DNA of 64,000 nucleotides from Chloroflexota bacterium (GTDB lineage Bacteria; Chloroflexota; Limnocylindria; Limnocylindrales; CSP1-4): NCBI GenBank assembly GCA_021813655.1, contig JAKAJU010000072.1, positions 853 to 64,852 of the forward strand, read 5' to 3'. Shown piece by piece: positions 35,435 to 43,910 of this stretch (position 1 is its first letter; each line of letters starts with the position of its first letter). The notes under the pieces were generated by a model. It saw only the letters and a program-made list of their open reading frames with translations, ran no database searches and was not told where the DNA came from. The position numbers and the translations under genes were made by a program.

Positions 35435-36453
35435 AGCGAGTCGCTCCGCTCGGCGGAGGCGGAGGCGGAGGGGGTCACCGGCGCGTCGTCGACGAGATCG
35501 ACCGCGTCGATCCCGAGGGGCTCGCCGAGCAGCCGCTCCACTCCGCGGACGATCCCGATCGCGTCGAGCCCGTACTCCCGGGCGAGATGCTCCCGGCTCG
35601 CCCCGTGCGCGTACGTGTCCCGGAGCCCGATACGAACGAGCCGCTTCCCGAGGCCGGCCTCGGCGATCCGCTCCGCGACCGCGGACCCGAGGCCGCCGAC
35701 GATCGTGTGGTTCTCGGCCGTGACGATGCCGGCACGGGCACCGGCGAGCGTCGCGAGGATCTCGGGGTCGTCGAACGGCTTGTGCGTGGAGACGTGGAGG
35801 TGCCGGACGCCCACACCGCGCCGCGCGAGCGTTCGTACGGCGCGCATCCCCTCCTCCGTCTCGATGCCCGACGTGATGAGCGCGACGTCCGATCCCTCCG
35901 CGACGACACGGACGCGATCGAGACGCATGGGGTCGGTCCGCGGGAAGAGCCGGGGCACGACGCCACGGAGCATGCGGACGTAGACGGGTCCGTCGACGGC
36001 CTGGGCGACGTCGAGGACGCTCTCGACCTCCGTGGCGTCGCCGGTCTCGAGGACCGTCATGTTCGGCGTCGCGCGGAGGATGGCGACGTCCTCGATGGCC
36101 TGGTGCGTGACGCCGCCCGGCGTGAGGATCCCCGGCAGGAACCCGATCATGCGGACGCGCAGGTTCGGGTACGCGACGGACATCGCGAGCTGGTCGTACG
36201 CGCGACGGTAGATGAACACCGCGAACGTGTGGATGTACGGCGTGTAGCCCTCGCGCGCGAGGCCGGCGGCGAAGCCGAGCATGTTCTGCTCGGCCATCCC
36301 CATCGAGAAGAAGCGGTCCGGGTACGCGTCGCGCCAGCGGCCGACCTCGGAGGAGTTCGTGAGGTCAGCGGACAGCACGACGACCTCGGGCTTGTCGCGT
36401 GCCCAGTCGATGAAGTTCTGGACGTGGGGTCGGACGACCATCTCGATGCTCAT
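35431..36453 (-). CDS. transketolase, C-terminal subunit (pyrimidine-binding plus C-terminal domains)
   Basis: MSIEMVVRPHVQNFIDWARDKPEVVVLSADL...MGMAEQNMLGFAAGLA. RBS AGGAGG precedes it. ATGA overlap with the N-terminal subunit. Confidence 0.85.
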   Translation of the reverse strand: MSIEMVVRPHVQNFIDWARDKPEVVVLSADLTNSSEVGRWRDAYPDRFFSMGMAEQNMLGFAAGLAREGYTPYIHTFAVFIYRRAYDQLAMSVAYPNLRVRMIGFLPGILTPGGVTHQAIEDVAILRATPNMTVLETGDATEVESVLDVAQAVDGPVYVRMLRGVVPRLFPRTDPMRLDRVRVVAEGSDVALITSGIETEEGMRAVRTLARRGVGVRHLHVSTHKPFDDPEILATLAGARAGIVTAENHTIVGGLGSAVAERIAEAGLGKRLVRIGLRDTYAHGASREHLAREYGLDAIGIVRGVERLLGEPLGIDAVDLVDDAPVTPSASASAERSDSL

Positions 36454-37379
36454 CGCAGCTCCACCTCCTGCGCCATCGCCTCGTAGGCGGCCTGGTACCG
36501 GGCGCGCTCGTCCGGGGAGACGAACCGGAGCGTGTGGATGAGCGGCGCCTTCTCGGCGAGGAGCGGGACGCCGCGGGTGGGGTCTGTCCGGGCGAGAACG
36601 ACGTGCGGCCTGTCGCTCGGCCGTCGCATTGCAGCGTCGAGCGCGTCGAGGTCGTGGCCGTCCACCTCGTCGCAGGATGCGCCGAACGCCCGGATGCGAT
36701 CGGCGAGCGGTTCGAGGTTCCCGACGGCGGATACGAGGCCGTCGCACTGCTGGCCGTTCGCGTCGACGACGACACGCAGGTTCGCGAGCCCGTGGAAGGC
36801 GGCGTTGGCGAGCGCCTCCCACGTCTGGCCTTCTTCGAACTCGCCGTCCGACATCATGACCCAGACCAGCCCGGCCTCTCCGCGGAGCCGCCGGGCGAGC
36901 GCGATGCCCGCGGCCTGCGACAGCGCCTGCGCGAGCGAGCCGGTCGTGGATTCGATGCCGGGCGAGTGCTCGGCGCCGATCATCTCGACCGTCCCGCCGT
37001 CGCGGTTGAAGTCGTCGAGCCCGTCCGGCGCGAGCCGCCCCACCTCGATGAGCGTCGCGTAGAGCGCGAGCGCGTACTGGGCCGGCGAGAAGATGAAGCG
37101 ATCGAGGTCGGGGGCCGTGGGACCGTGGTAGATGGCACCCGTGAGGTACCCGGGTGTCCGCGGTCCGGGCACGCCCACGAACGGTCCGGGCCGGATCGGC
37201 GCTCGCAGCGGGGCGAGCCGAAGCGTCCGCGTGTAGAGCATCGCGAGCATCTCGGCGGCGGAGCAGGCCTGCGACACGTATCCCTCGCCGTTGCGGAGGA
37301 CATGCTCGAACACTCGCCGGCGGATGCCCGCCGCGACGGCACGGGTGTCGGCCTGCCAGGTGGCGGATCGATCGGCCAT
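36450..37379 (-). CDS. transketolase, N-terminal subunit (TPP-binding)
   Basis: GEGYVSQACSAAEMLAMLY...GHSPGIESTTGSLAQALSQAAG...MSDGEFEEGQTWEA. Confidence 0.85.
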   Translation of the reverse strand: MADRSATWQADTRAVAAGIRRRVFEHVLRNGEGYVSQACSAAEMLAMLYTRTLRLAPLRAPIRPGPFVGVPGPRTPGYLTGAIYHGPTAPDLDRFIFSPAQYALALYATLIEVGRLAPDGLDDFNRDGGTVEMIGAEHSPGIESTTGSLAQALSQAAGIALARRLRGEAGLVWVMMSDGEFEEGQTWEALANAAFHGLANLRVVVDANGQQCDGLVSAVGNLEPLADRIRAFGASCDEVDGHDLDALDAAMRRPSDRPHVVLARTDPTRGVPLLAEKAPLIHTLRFVSPDERARYQAAYEAMAQEVELR

Positions 37380-37422
37380 GTCGCGATTCACCTCGGGTCA
37401 CAGCGCGGGTGTCCGAGCGGGT

Positions 37423-37466
37423 GCATACTGCACATCCGTGCAGGCCCGCACGGATGTGCAGTATGC
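37423..37466. promoter_or_regulatory. 44-bp dyad: 19-bp perfect arms GCATACTGCACATCCGTGC / GCACGGATGTGCAGTATGC around an AGGCCC spacer, about 45 bp upstream of the tkt-RLP operon
   Basis: Read directly. No U-tract follows. Positioned as an operator or 5'-UTR structure. Confidence 0.5.
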
Positions 37467-37771
37467 CACAGGAGCGCTCCCCGGATCTGGCGCGGCTGCA
37501 GGCGCAGTCCGATCAGCATCCGGTCCCTCGCCGGTCCCTCCGTCGAGCGCGGCGGTCTGTCGCCCCGGTGTCGACCCTGCCGGCTGGAGGTTCGACCGCC
37601 TGGCAAGCGGCACGCAACGACCACCACCCTCGGGAGGTTGTCGATGATCGACCTGAGCTACCTGGCCGCCGCAGCAGCCGCTGTCGTCGTGTTCCTCCTC
37701 GCCGTGATCGCTGCGATCGTGAGCCTGTGGCGTTGGGCGACTTCATCACGAACGTGGTGGACGCATCGTCC

Positions 37772-38992
37772 TCAGAGGGTCACCCGGTATCCGGCCAGCC
37801 GGGCGCCTGCGATCAGGCCGGCGCGCGCGAGGCGCCGTTCGAGGCGGCCGCCGATCCACGAGCGCTCGAAGAGGACCTTGCCGGCGTGCCACGCCCGTCC
37901 GGGAGCACGCAGGGCGAGCGTCGGGTCCGGGTCGGCGAAGAACTCGCCGACGGCGAAAGCGGCGCGCCCCGCCCCGGCCTCGACCCAGCAGTAGCCGGTG
38001 CCGCCGAACGTGTCCCCTGCTTCCCTGCCGTCCAGGGCCGCAGCGACCCTGGACGCGACGACGAGGCCCTCGCCATGGGCGAAGACGCCGGCGCGCGGCA
38101 GCGGCTTGCCGTTCGGCAGCGTGATCGTCGTCACGTCGCCGATCCCGTGGACCCGCTCGTGGCGGGTCTCCAGGGTCCCACGGTCGACCGGGATCCAGCC
38201 CGTCTCGCCAGCGAGTGGGGACTCGCGGACCGCCGCGGGCGCACGATGCGGCGGGACGCCGGCGAGCAGGTCGTAGCCGGCGCGGCTCCCGTCGGCGAAG
38301 ACGATCTCGTGGCCGCCGGGCTCGAAGCGCTCGATGCGGCTCCCGGGGTGGAACCGGATCCCCTTCGCCTCGAGGAGGCCGACGACGGCGGCACCCATGG
38401 CAGGACCCGCCACCGGCATCGGCGCGGGCTCCGGACTGTAGACGTCGATCTCGCTGCGCTCGCGCAGGCCCCGACGCCGCAGCTCGTCGTCGAGCAGGAG
38501 GGCCGCCTCGTAGGGGGCAGCCGGGCACTTGTAGGGCAGGGCCGCGACCGTGACGGCGACGCGGCCACCACCGAACGCCTCGAGTGCCCGCGCACAGGCT
38601 GCGGCTCCGTCGGGCGAGAAGAAGTCGAGCGCCGCTTCGCGGTAGCCCGGGACGGCCTCGCGGTCGGGTTCAGCCCCGAGCGCGACGACGAGGACGTCAC
38701 CCGCGAACACGCCGGCCGTCGTCTCGGCGCGGCAGGCCGTCGGGTCGATCGACCGGACCTCGGCCTGGACGAGCTCGACATCCCGGGCGAGGAGCTCCCG
38801 GAGGGGCCGCTCGATCCGCTCGCGCCGCCGCCGCCCGACCATCAGCCAGAGGAGCGAGGGCTGGAAGAGGTGCCGCTGCTCGCGCTCGACGAGGACGACC
38901 CGGTCGGATGGTGGGAGCCGCCGCCGGAGCTCGTTGGCGGTGACGAGACCGCCGACCCCGCCGCCGAGGACGAGGACCGTCCGGGTCGCCAT
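37772..38992 (-). CDS. sqr: sulfide:quinone oxidoreductase / type II NAD(P)H-FAD oxidoreductase family
   Basis: MATRTVLVLGGGVGGL (FAD Rossmann)...CPAAPYE. It shares 1 nt with the dsrE stop. Confidence 0.75.
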   Translation of the reverse strand: MATRTVLVLGGGVGGLVTANELRRRLPPSDRVVLVEREQRHLFQPSLLWLMVGRRRRERIERPLRELLARDVELVQAEVRSIDPTACRAETTAGVFAGDVLVVALGAEPDREAVPGYREAALDFFSPDGAAACARALEAFGGGRVAVTVAALPYKCPAAPYEAALLLDDELRRRGLRERSEIDVYSPEPAPMPVAGPAMGAAVVGLLEAKGIRFHPGSRIERFEPGGHEIVFADGSRAGYDLLAGVPPHRAPAAVRESPLAGETGWIPVDRGTLETRHERVHGIGDVTTITLPNGKPLPRAGVFAHGEGLVVASRVAAALDGREAGDTFGGTGYCWVEAGAGRAAFAVGEFFADPDPTLALRAPGRAWHAGKVLFERSWIGGRLERRLARAGLIAGARLAGYRVTL

Positions 38993-39342
38993 CAGAAGGT
39001 GATCACCTTGTCGGCCCAGACCGTCCAGGCCGTGAGCTCCGCCAGCGTGGAGCGGTGGACGCCGTCGACGAGGGGGTCGTCCGCCATGCCCCGGGCGTCG
39101 ATGCACGTCCCGCATGCCCCGACCGCGATCCCCCTGGGCGCGAGACCCCGGAGCATCCGCTCGAGGTTGTAGTAGCCATCCGGGGTCTTCTGGGCTGGCT
39201 TGGCTGCCGTCACCGCGTCGCCCATGAGGAAGACGCGGAGCTCGACGTCCTCGGCCTTGGCGAGCGAGAGGGACAGGCGCAGACCGTTGTAGGTGCGCTC
39301 ATTGCCGTAGGCGGGCTCGTTGAGGATGATCAGGGTCTTCAT
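38992..39342 (-). CDS. DsrE/DsrF(TusD)-like sulfur-relay family protein
   Basis: 116 aa, MKTLIILNEPAYGNERTYNGLRLSLSLAKAEDVELRVFLMGDAV...CGTC. Confidence 0.7.
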   Translation of the reverse strand: MKTLIILNEPAYGNERTYNGLRLSLSLAKAEDVELRVFLMGDAVTAAKPAQKTPDGYYNLERMLRGLAPRGIAVGACGTCIDARGMADDPLVDGVHRSTLAELTAWTVWADKVITF

Positions 39343-39404
39343 GCCGAGGCGTCTCTGTCTGCCGGTCCTGCCGTGGCGGATCTCGCCGCGGAGCTGGTGC
39401 CCTT

Positions 39405-39432
39405 TACGCGTATTCCAAGGAATCGTAGAATA
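39405..39432. promoter_or_regulatory. AT-rich dyad TACGCGTATTCCAAGGAATCGTAGAATA (core ATTCCAAGGAAT) in the divergent dsrE / arsR-rhodanese intergenic region
   Basis: Read directly. Candidate ArsR-type operator. Confidence 0.45.
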
Positions 39433-39472
39433 GCCAGGTCCGATAGCTGGCGCAAGACCGGAGGCGCACCTG

Positions 39473-40168
39473 GTGCAGGCGGAGAAGACGAAGGTGATGG
39501 GCCCCGAGCGCGCGGCGAAGGACGAGCTGCACGAGCAGTTCGCCCGGATCGGCCGCGCGCTCGCCAACCCGCACCGCGTCGAGGTGCTCGACCTGCTCGC
39601 CCAGGGAGAGCGCAGCGTCGAGGTCCTCGCCGCGCGGGCCGCGATCTCGGTCGGCCTCGCGTCGGCCCACCTCCAGGCGCTGCGGCGCGCCGGCCTCGTC
39701 GTCTCTCGGCGGGACGGGACGCGGATCCTCTACCGGCTGGCCGGAGACGACGTCTACGGACTCCTTGCGGCGGTCCGCGCCGTCGCGACCGGCCGGCTGG
39801 CCGAGGCCGAGCGGGCGGCGCGCGCGTACATGGGCGAACCGGTCGAGACCGCGACGCGCATCGAGCTGCTCGAACGAGTCCGCTCGGGCGACGCGGTGGT
39901 GGTCGACCTGCGGCCAGGCGAGGAGTACGAGGCCGGTCACATCGCGGGGGCGATCTCGATCCCGCTCGCCGAGCTCGAAGCGCACCTGGCCGAGCTGCCG
40001 GCCGACCTCGAAATCGTGGCATATTGCCGCGGCCCCTACTGCGCGCTCGCCCCGCGGGGCGTCGCGCTCCTCCGAAGGTCGGGCCGCCGCGCCCGGCGGC
40101 TCGAGGATGGCTTCCCGGAGTGGCGGCTCGCCGGGCTGCCCGTCGCAGCCGGGGCGCGACCGGCATGA
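39473..40168 (+). CDS. ArsR-family HTH fused to rhodanese (sulfurtransferase) domain
   Basis: wHTH (ALANPHRVEVLDLLAQGERSVEVLAA) plus rhodanese with active-site CRGPYC. GTG start. Confidence 0.8.
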   Translation: MQAEKTKVMGPERAAKDELHEQFARIGRALANPHRVEVLDLLAQGERSVEVLAARAAISVGLASAHLQALRRAGLVVSRRDGTRILYRLAGDDVYGLLAAVRAVATGRLAEAERAARAYMGEPVETATRIELLERVRSGDAVVVDLRPGEEYEAGHIAGAISIPLAELEAHLAELPADLEIVAYCRGPYCALAPRGVALLRRSGRRARRLEDGFPEWRLAGLPVAAGARPA

Positions 40169-41328
40169 GCGAGCCCGTCGGCCCCATCTACCTTGACTAC
40201 AACGCGAGCACGCCGATCGACCCGCGAGTTGCGGCGATCATGCGCCCCCTGCTCGACGGTCCGTTCGCCAACCCCTCGGCGACCCACGCCGGTGGCCGCG
40301 CGGCACATGCCCGGCTGGATCGGGCCCGGGACCAGGTCGCCGATCTCCTCGGCTGCAGGCCCGATGAGGTCGTGTTCACGAGCGGCGGAAGCGAGGCGGA
40401 CAACCTCGCCCTGAAGGGCGTCTTCTTCGCCCTCAAGGCGCGCGGCGATCACATCATCACGACGGCGGTCGAGCACCCCGCGATCGTCGAACCGCTCCGG
40501 TTCCTCGAGCGCTTCGGCGCGCGGGTCACTGTGATCCCGGTCGATCGGACGGGGATGATCGACCCCGAGGATGTCCGTCGTGCGATCACGCCACGGACGA
40601 TCCTCGTGAGCGTGATGCACGCGAACAACGAGGTCGGCACGATCGAGCCCGTGGCCGACGTCGCCGCGATCGCCCACGAGCACCGCGTGCTCGTCCACAC
40701 CGACGCCGCCCAGTCGGTCGGCAAGATCCCGACCCGTGTCGACGAGCTCGGCGTCGACCTCCTCACGATCGCAGGGCACAAGCTCTACGCCCCCAAGGGC
40801 GTCGGCGCCCTCTACGTCCGGCGCGGCGTGGCCCTCGAGCCACTGATCCATGGGGCAGGCCACGAGTCCGGACGGCGGGCCGGGACCGAGAGCGTCCTCC
40901 TCGCGGCGGCCCTTGGCGAGGCGTGCGAGCTCGCTGCCGACCTCCGCCCGCTCGAGGAGACCCGCCGCCTGCGCGACCGCCTCTGGGACGGCATCCGCGC
41001 TCGCTTCGGCGATGGCGTCGTCCTCAACGGTCACCCGACCGAGCGACTGCCGAACACCCTGAACGTCTCCTTCGTCAGCCGCGTCGGGGCGGACATCCTG
41101 GCCGCACTCGATGGCGTCGCGGCTTCCACCGGCGCCGCCTGCCACGCCGACTCGGTGGAGCTCTCACCGGTCCTGGCGGCGATGGGCGTGCCTCGGGTCG
41201 TCGGGATGGGTGCCGTCCGTCTCAGCCTGGGACGGATGACGACCGAGGCCGAGATCGACGAGGTCCTCGATCGGTTCGCGCGGGTCGCCGCCCTCACGGA
41301 GAACGCCGGCCCTCGACCCGTCGCCTGA
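40165..41328 (+). CDS. cysteine desulfurase (class V aminotransferase, NifS/IscS-like)
   Basis: IYLDYNASTP...TSGGSEADNLALKG...AGHKLYAPKGVGALYV (PLP-Lys)...AACHAD. ATGA overlap with the upstream stop. Confidence 0.85.
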   Translation: MSEPVGPIYLDYNASTPIDPRVAAIMRPLLDGPFANPSATHAGGRAAHARLDRARDQVADLLGCRPDEVVFTSGGSEADNLALKGVFFALKARGDHIITTAVEHPAIVEPLRFLERFGARVTVIPVDRTGMIDPEDVRRAITPRTILVSVMHANNEVGTIEPVADVAAIAHEHRVLVHTDAAQSVGKIPTRVDELGVDLLTIAGHKLYAPKGVGALYVRRGVALEPLIHGAGHESGRRAGTESVLLAAALGEACELAADLRPLEETRRLRDRLWDGIRARFGDGVVLNGHPTERLPNTLNVSFVSRVGADILAALDGVAASTGAACHADSVELSPVLAAMGVPRVVGMGAVRLSLGRMTTEAEIDEVLDRFARVAALTENAGPRPVA

Positions 41329-41442
41329 CCGGATGGCGGGCGAGCGGCCGCTGAACCGTCCGCGTGGCACGAGCCCACGATGCGCCGATCGCATCTTGCG
41401 GAACGCGGTCTGGCATCCTGTCATCCCGGCCGCGTCACTCGA

Positions 41443-43443
41443 TCAGGCGACCCCGAGCGCCCGGGCGATGATGCCGCCCGCGAGCAGCGCGATCGCGATC
41501 GTGGCTCCGCTCATCGCCATCGCAGTCCGCCTCCCGAGCTCGCCAGTGAGCGCCGCGAGTGTCGCGATGCACGGGAAGGAGACGGCGGTGACGACCGCGT
41601 AGACGAACAGCTGGCCCGCGCTCATGAACGAGCCGATGCTCGCGGCGCCCTGGCCGAGCTGGACGATCGCGAGAGTCGCGAGCAGCTGCAGCGCGAGCTC
41701 CTTGCGGAGGAACGCGAAGACGAGGGCCAGGCCGGCGACCGATGGCAGGCCCAGCCAGCCCACCATGACCGGATCGAGCACGGTCGTCAGGCGCCAGATG
41801 AGCCCCGTCTCGTAGAGGAAGCCGAGCACGATCGACCCCACGACCATGAGCGGCATCGCTGCGCGGACGAACGACCCGAAGCGCCACCAGGCCTTCCGGG
41901 CGACGTGGCCGAGGATCGGTCGACGGATCGGGGCGAGCTCGAGGACGATCGTTGACTGACGGCCGGGCACCAGCCGGTTCGCGAGCAGGCCACCGGCCAG
42001 CGTGAGACAGGCGATGACGCCGAAGGCCGCAAGCGCCGGGCCGACTCCCGCGAACGGCACGAGAGCCCCGCTGACGACGGCGATGCGGGCCGAGCAGGGC
42101 GTCATCGTGATGAGGAACGACGCGAGGACGCGCTCACGGCGCGACGCCAGAAGACGTGTGCCGTAGATCGCGGGCACATTGCAGCCGGTGGCGGCGAGGA
42201 TCGGGATCGAGACCCGCCCGGACAGCCCCAGGGTCCCGAGCACGCGGTCGGTGAGGACCGCGACGCTCGTGAGGTACCCCGAATCCTCGAGGAACGCGAG
42301 CAGCACGTAGAAGGTGAGGATGTACGGGATCCCGACCGCGAGCATCGACAGCACGCCATCGTCGAGGCCCCACAGGAGCGCACGGCCCACCGTCGCGTCG
42401 GGGACCGCGACGCTCACGGCGGCCCGGATCGCCGGCGAGGCCGTCGCCTGCCAGACCGTCGTGAGGAGGCTGGAGAGCACCGAGCCGATCGCCATCATCG
42501 CGAGGAGGATCCCAAGCGTGACCGCGATGAACAGCGGGATCCCGGGCCAGGGTGCCACGCTCCACGTGCCCAGACGTTCCGCGAGGGGTCGACGGTCGGC
42601 GCGGCTCGCGGATCGGGCGACGACCTGTCCCGCCCAGCGGCGACCGACCGCCCAGCGTGCCGGGTCGACGATCGCCGCGAGGTCGAGGGTCGCGGCACCT
42701 CGGGAGGACATCGCTCCCACGCCGACCAGGTCGGCGAGCTCCCACGAGGCGCTCCCGGCCGCGGCCGCCCCCAGCGACCGCACAGACCCCCACTCGGACG
42801 CGCGGCGCTCGATCGCGGCCTCCACGTCCAGCGGGTATGCGCGGGCGGGGATCGTGGACCGCGGCGAGGACGTGCCGGACCGTACCGCGATCCGCCGGGC
42901 ACCGAGCCGGACCGCATCGACGACGGCGTCGGCCACACCGAGCCCCGACCGCCCCGATGTGCGATGCACCGGGGCAGCGAGGAGCTGCGAGAGCCGGCCG
43001 GTATCGACGCTGACGCCACGGCTCGCGGCCTCGTCCGCGAGATTGGCCGCGAGGACGATCGGCAGGCCCAGGTCACGACATGCCAGAGCGAGCGGAAGGT
43101 GGCGCGCGAGGTCGCCGGCATCCGCGACGACGAGGATCGCGTCCGGCCGGGCCCGCAGCAGGAGCGACCAGAACACCGTCTCCTCGCCGATCGGGGCCGT
43201 GAGCGAGGCGGTCCCCGGGAGGTCGACGAGATCCGCCGGGCGGCCGTCCACGTCGACGCGACGTCGGGCGGTCGCGACCGTGGTCCCGGGCGCGTTCGAC
43301 GCCTCCGCGTAGCGGCCGGTCGCGCGCGCGAACAACGTGGACTTGCCGACGTTCGGTCGGCCGACGAGTGCGATCGTCGGGACGGCGTCGGTCCCCTGCC
43401 GGGCCTCGTCGACGCAGGCCGATCCCGCCGGAGAGCAGTTCAT
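41443..43443 (-). CDS. feoB: ferrous iron transporter FeoB
   Basis: N-terminal G-domain (GRPNVGKSTLF) plus polytopic membrane domain. Confidence 0.9.
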   Translation of the reverse strand: MNCSPAGSACVDEARQGTDAVPTIALVGRPNVGKSTLFARATGRYAEASNAPGTTVATARRRVDVDGRPADLVDLPGTASLTAPIGEETVFWSLLLRARPDAILVVADAGDLARHLPLALACRDLGLPIVLAANLADEAASRGVSVDTGRLSQLLAAPVHRTSGRSGLGVADAVVDAVRLGARRIAVRSGTSSPRSTIPARAYPLDVEAAIERRASEWGSVRSLGAAAAGSASWELADLVGVGAMSSRGAATLDLAAIVDPARWAVGRRWAGQVVARSASRADRRPLAERLGTWSVAPWPGIPLFIAVTLGILLAMMAIGSVLSSLLTTVWQATASPAIRAAVSVAVPDATVGRALLWGLDDGVLSMLAVGIPYILTFYVLLAFLEDSGYLTSVAVLTDRVLGTLGLSGRVSIPILAATGCNVPAIYGTRLLASRRERVLASFLITMTPCSARIAVVSGALVPFAGVGPALAAFGVIACLTLAGGLLANRLVPGRQSTIVLELAPIRRPILGHVARKAWWRFGSFVRAAMPLMVVGSIVLGFLYETGLIWRLTTVLDPVMVGWLGLPSVAGLALVFAFLRKELALQLLATLAIVQLGQGAASIGSFMSAGQLFVYAVVTAVSFPCIATLAALTGELGRRTAMAMSGATIAIALLAGGIIARALGVA

Positions 43444-43808
43444 GGTGCGCTCTCGCGAGGCGCCCGGACCCCGACGTCCGGGACGCCACGGACCATGACG
43501 CGGTGGGCGACCTCGCGCCCGAGAGCGATGCGGGCGCCACCGATCTTGACGACGACCGGGCCCCCGAGCGGCAGGCGTCGCTCGGGGACAAGGAGGACGC
43601 CCGCTACGAGACCCTCGGCAGCGAGCTGGTCCGCGAGGGAGAGGCCGACCACCGGGTAGGCGCGCTCATCATCGGCCAGGCTCACGAGGATGGTCGGACG
43701 ACCGAGGGGAGCACGATCCAGCCGGACATCTCCCCCGGGGACGCCGGCGGAATTCTGAGTTGTGGACTCGGATATCCGCACTCCCGCATTTGGCCACACC
43801 GGCAGCAA
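43440..43808 (-). CDS. feoA: FeoA-like protein (true start probably internal)
   Basis: C-terminal SH3-like FeoA pattern (LADQLAAEGLVAGVLLVPERRLPLGGPVVVKIGGARIALGREVA). ATGA overlap with feoB. The track start is TTG. Confidence 0.55.
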   Translation of the reverse strand: MLPVWPNAGVRISESTTQNSAGVPGGDVRLDRAPLGRPTILVSLADDERAYPVVGLSLADQLAAEGLVAGVLLVPERRLPLGGPVVVKIGGARIALGREVAHRVMVRGVPDVGVRAPRESAP

Positions 43809-43887
43809 GACAGGGAGGGACCAACGGCCCTCCGGATGGGGCGCTTGGTCACGTCACGACCAGGCGGGGCCCGCTGCGGACTCGGGT

Positions 43888-43910
43888 GTATTTCGGTCAT
43901 AATCGGACAG
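43888..43910 (+). promoter_or_regulatory. direct-repeat motif TATTTCGGTC-ATAATCGGAC overlapping a CATAAT -10 box; leaderless GTG at 43910
   Basis: Related motif TATTTCGGTC-GTATTTCGGAC at 45313-45335, immediately 5' of the next transcription unit. Confidence 0.45.
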
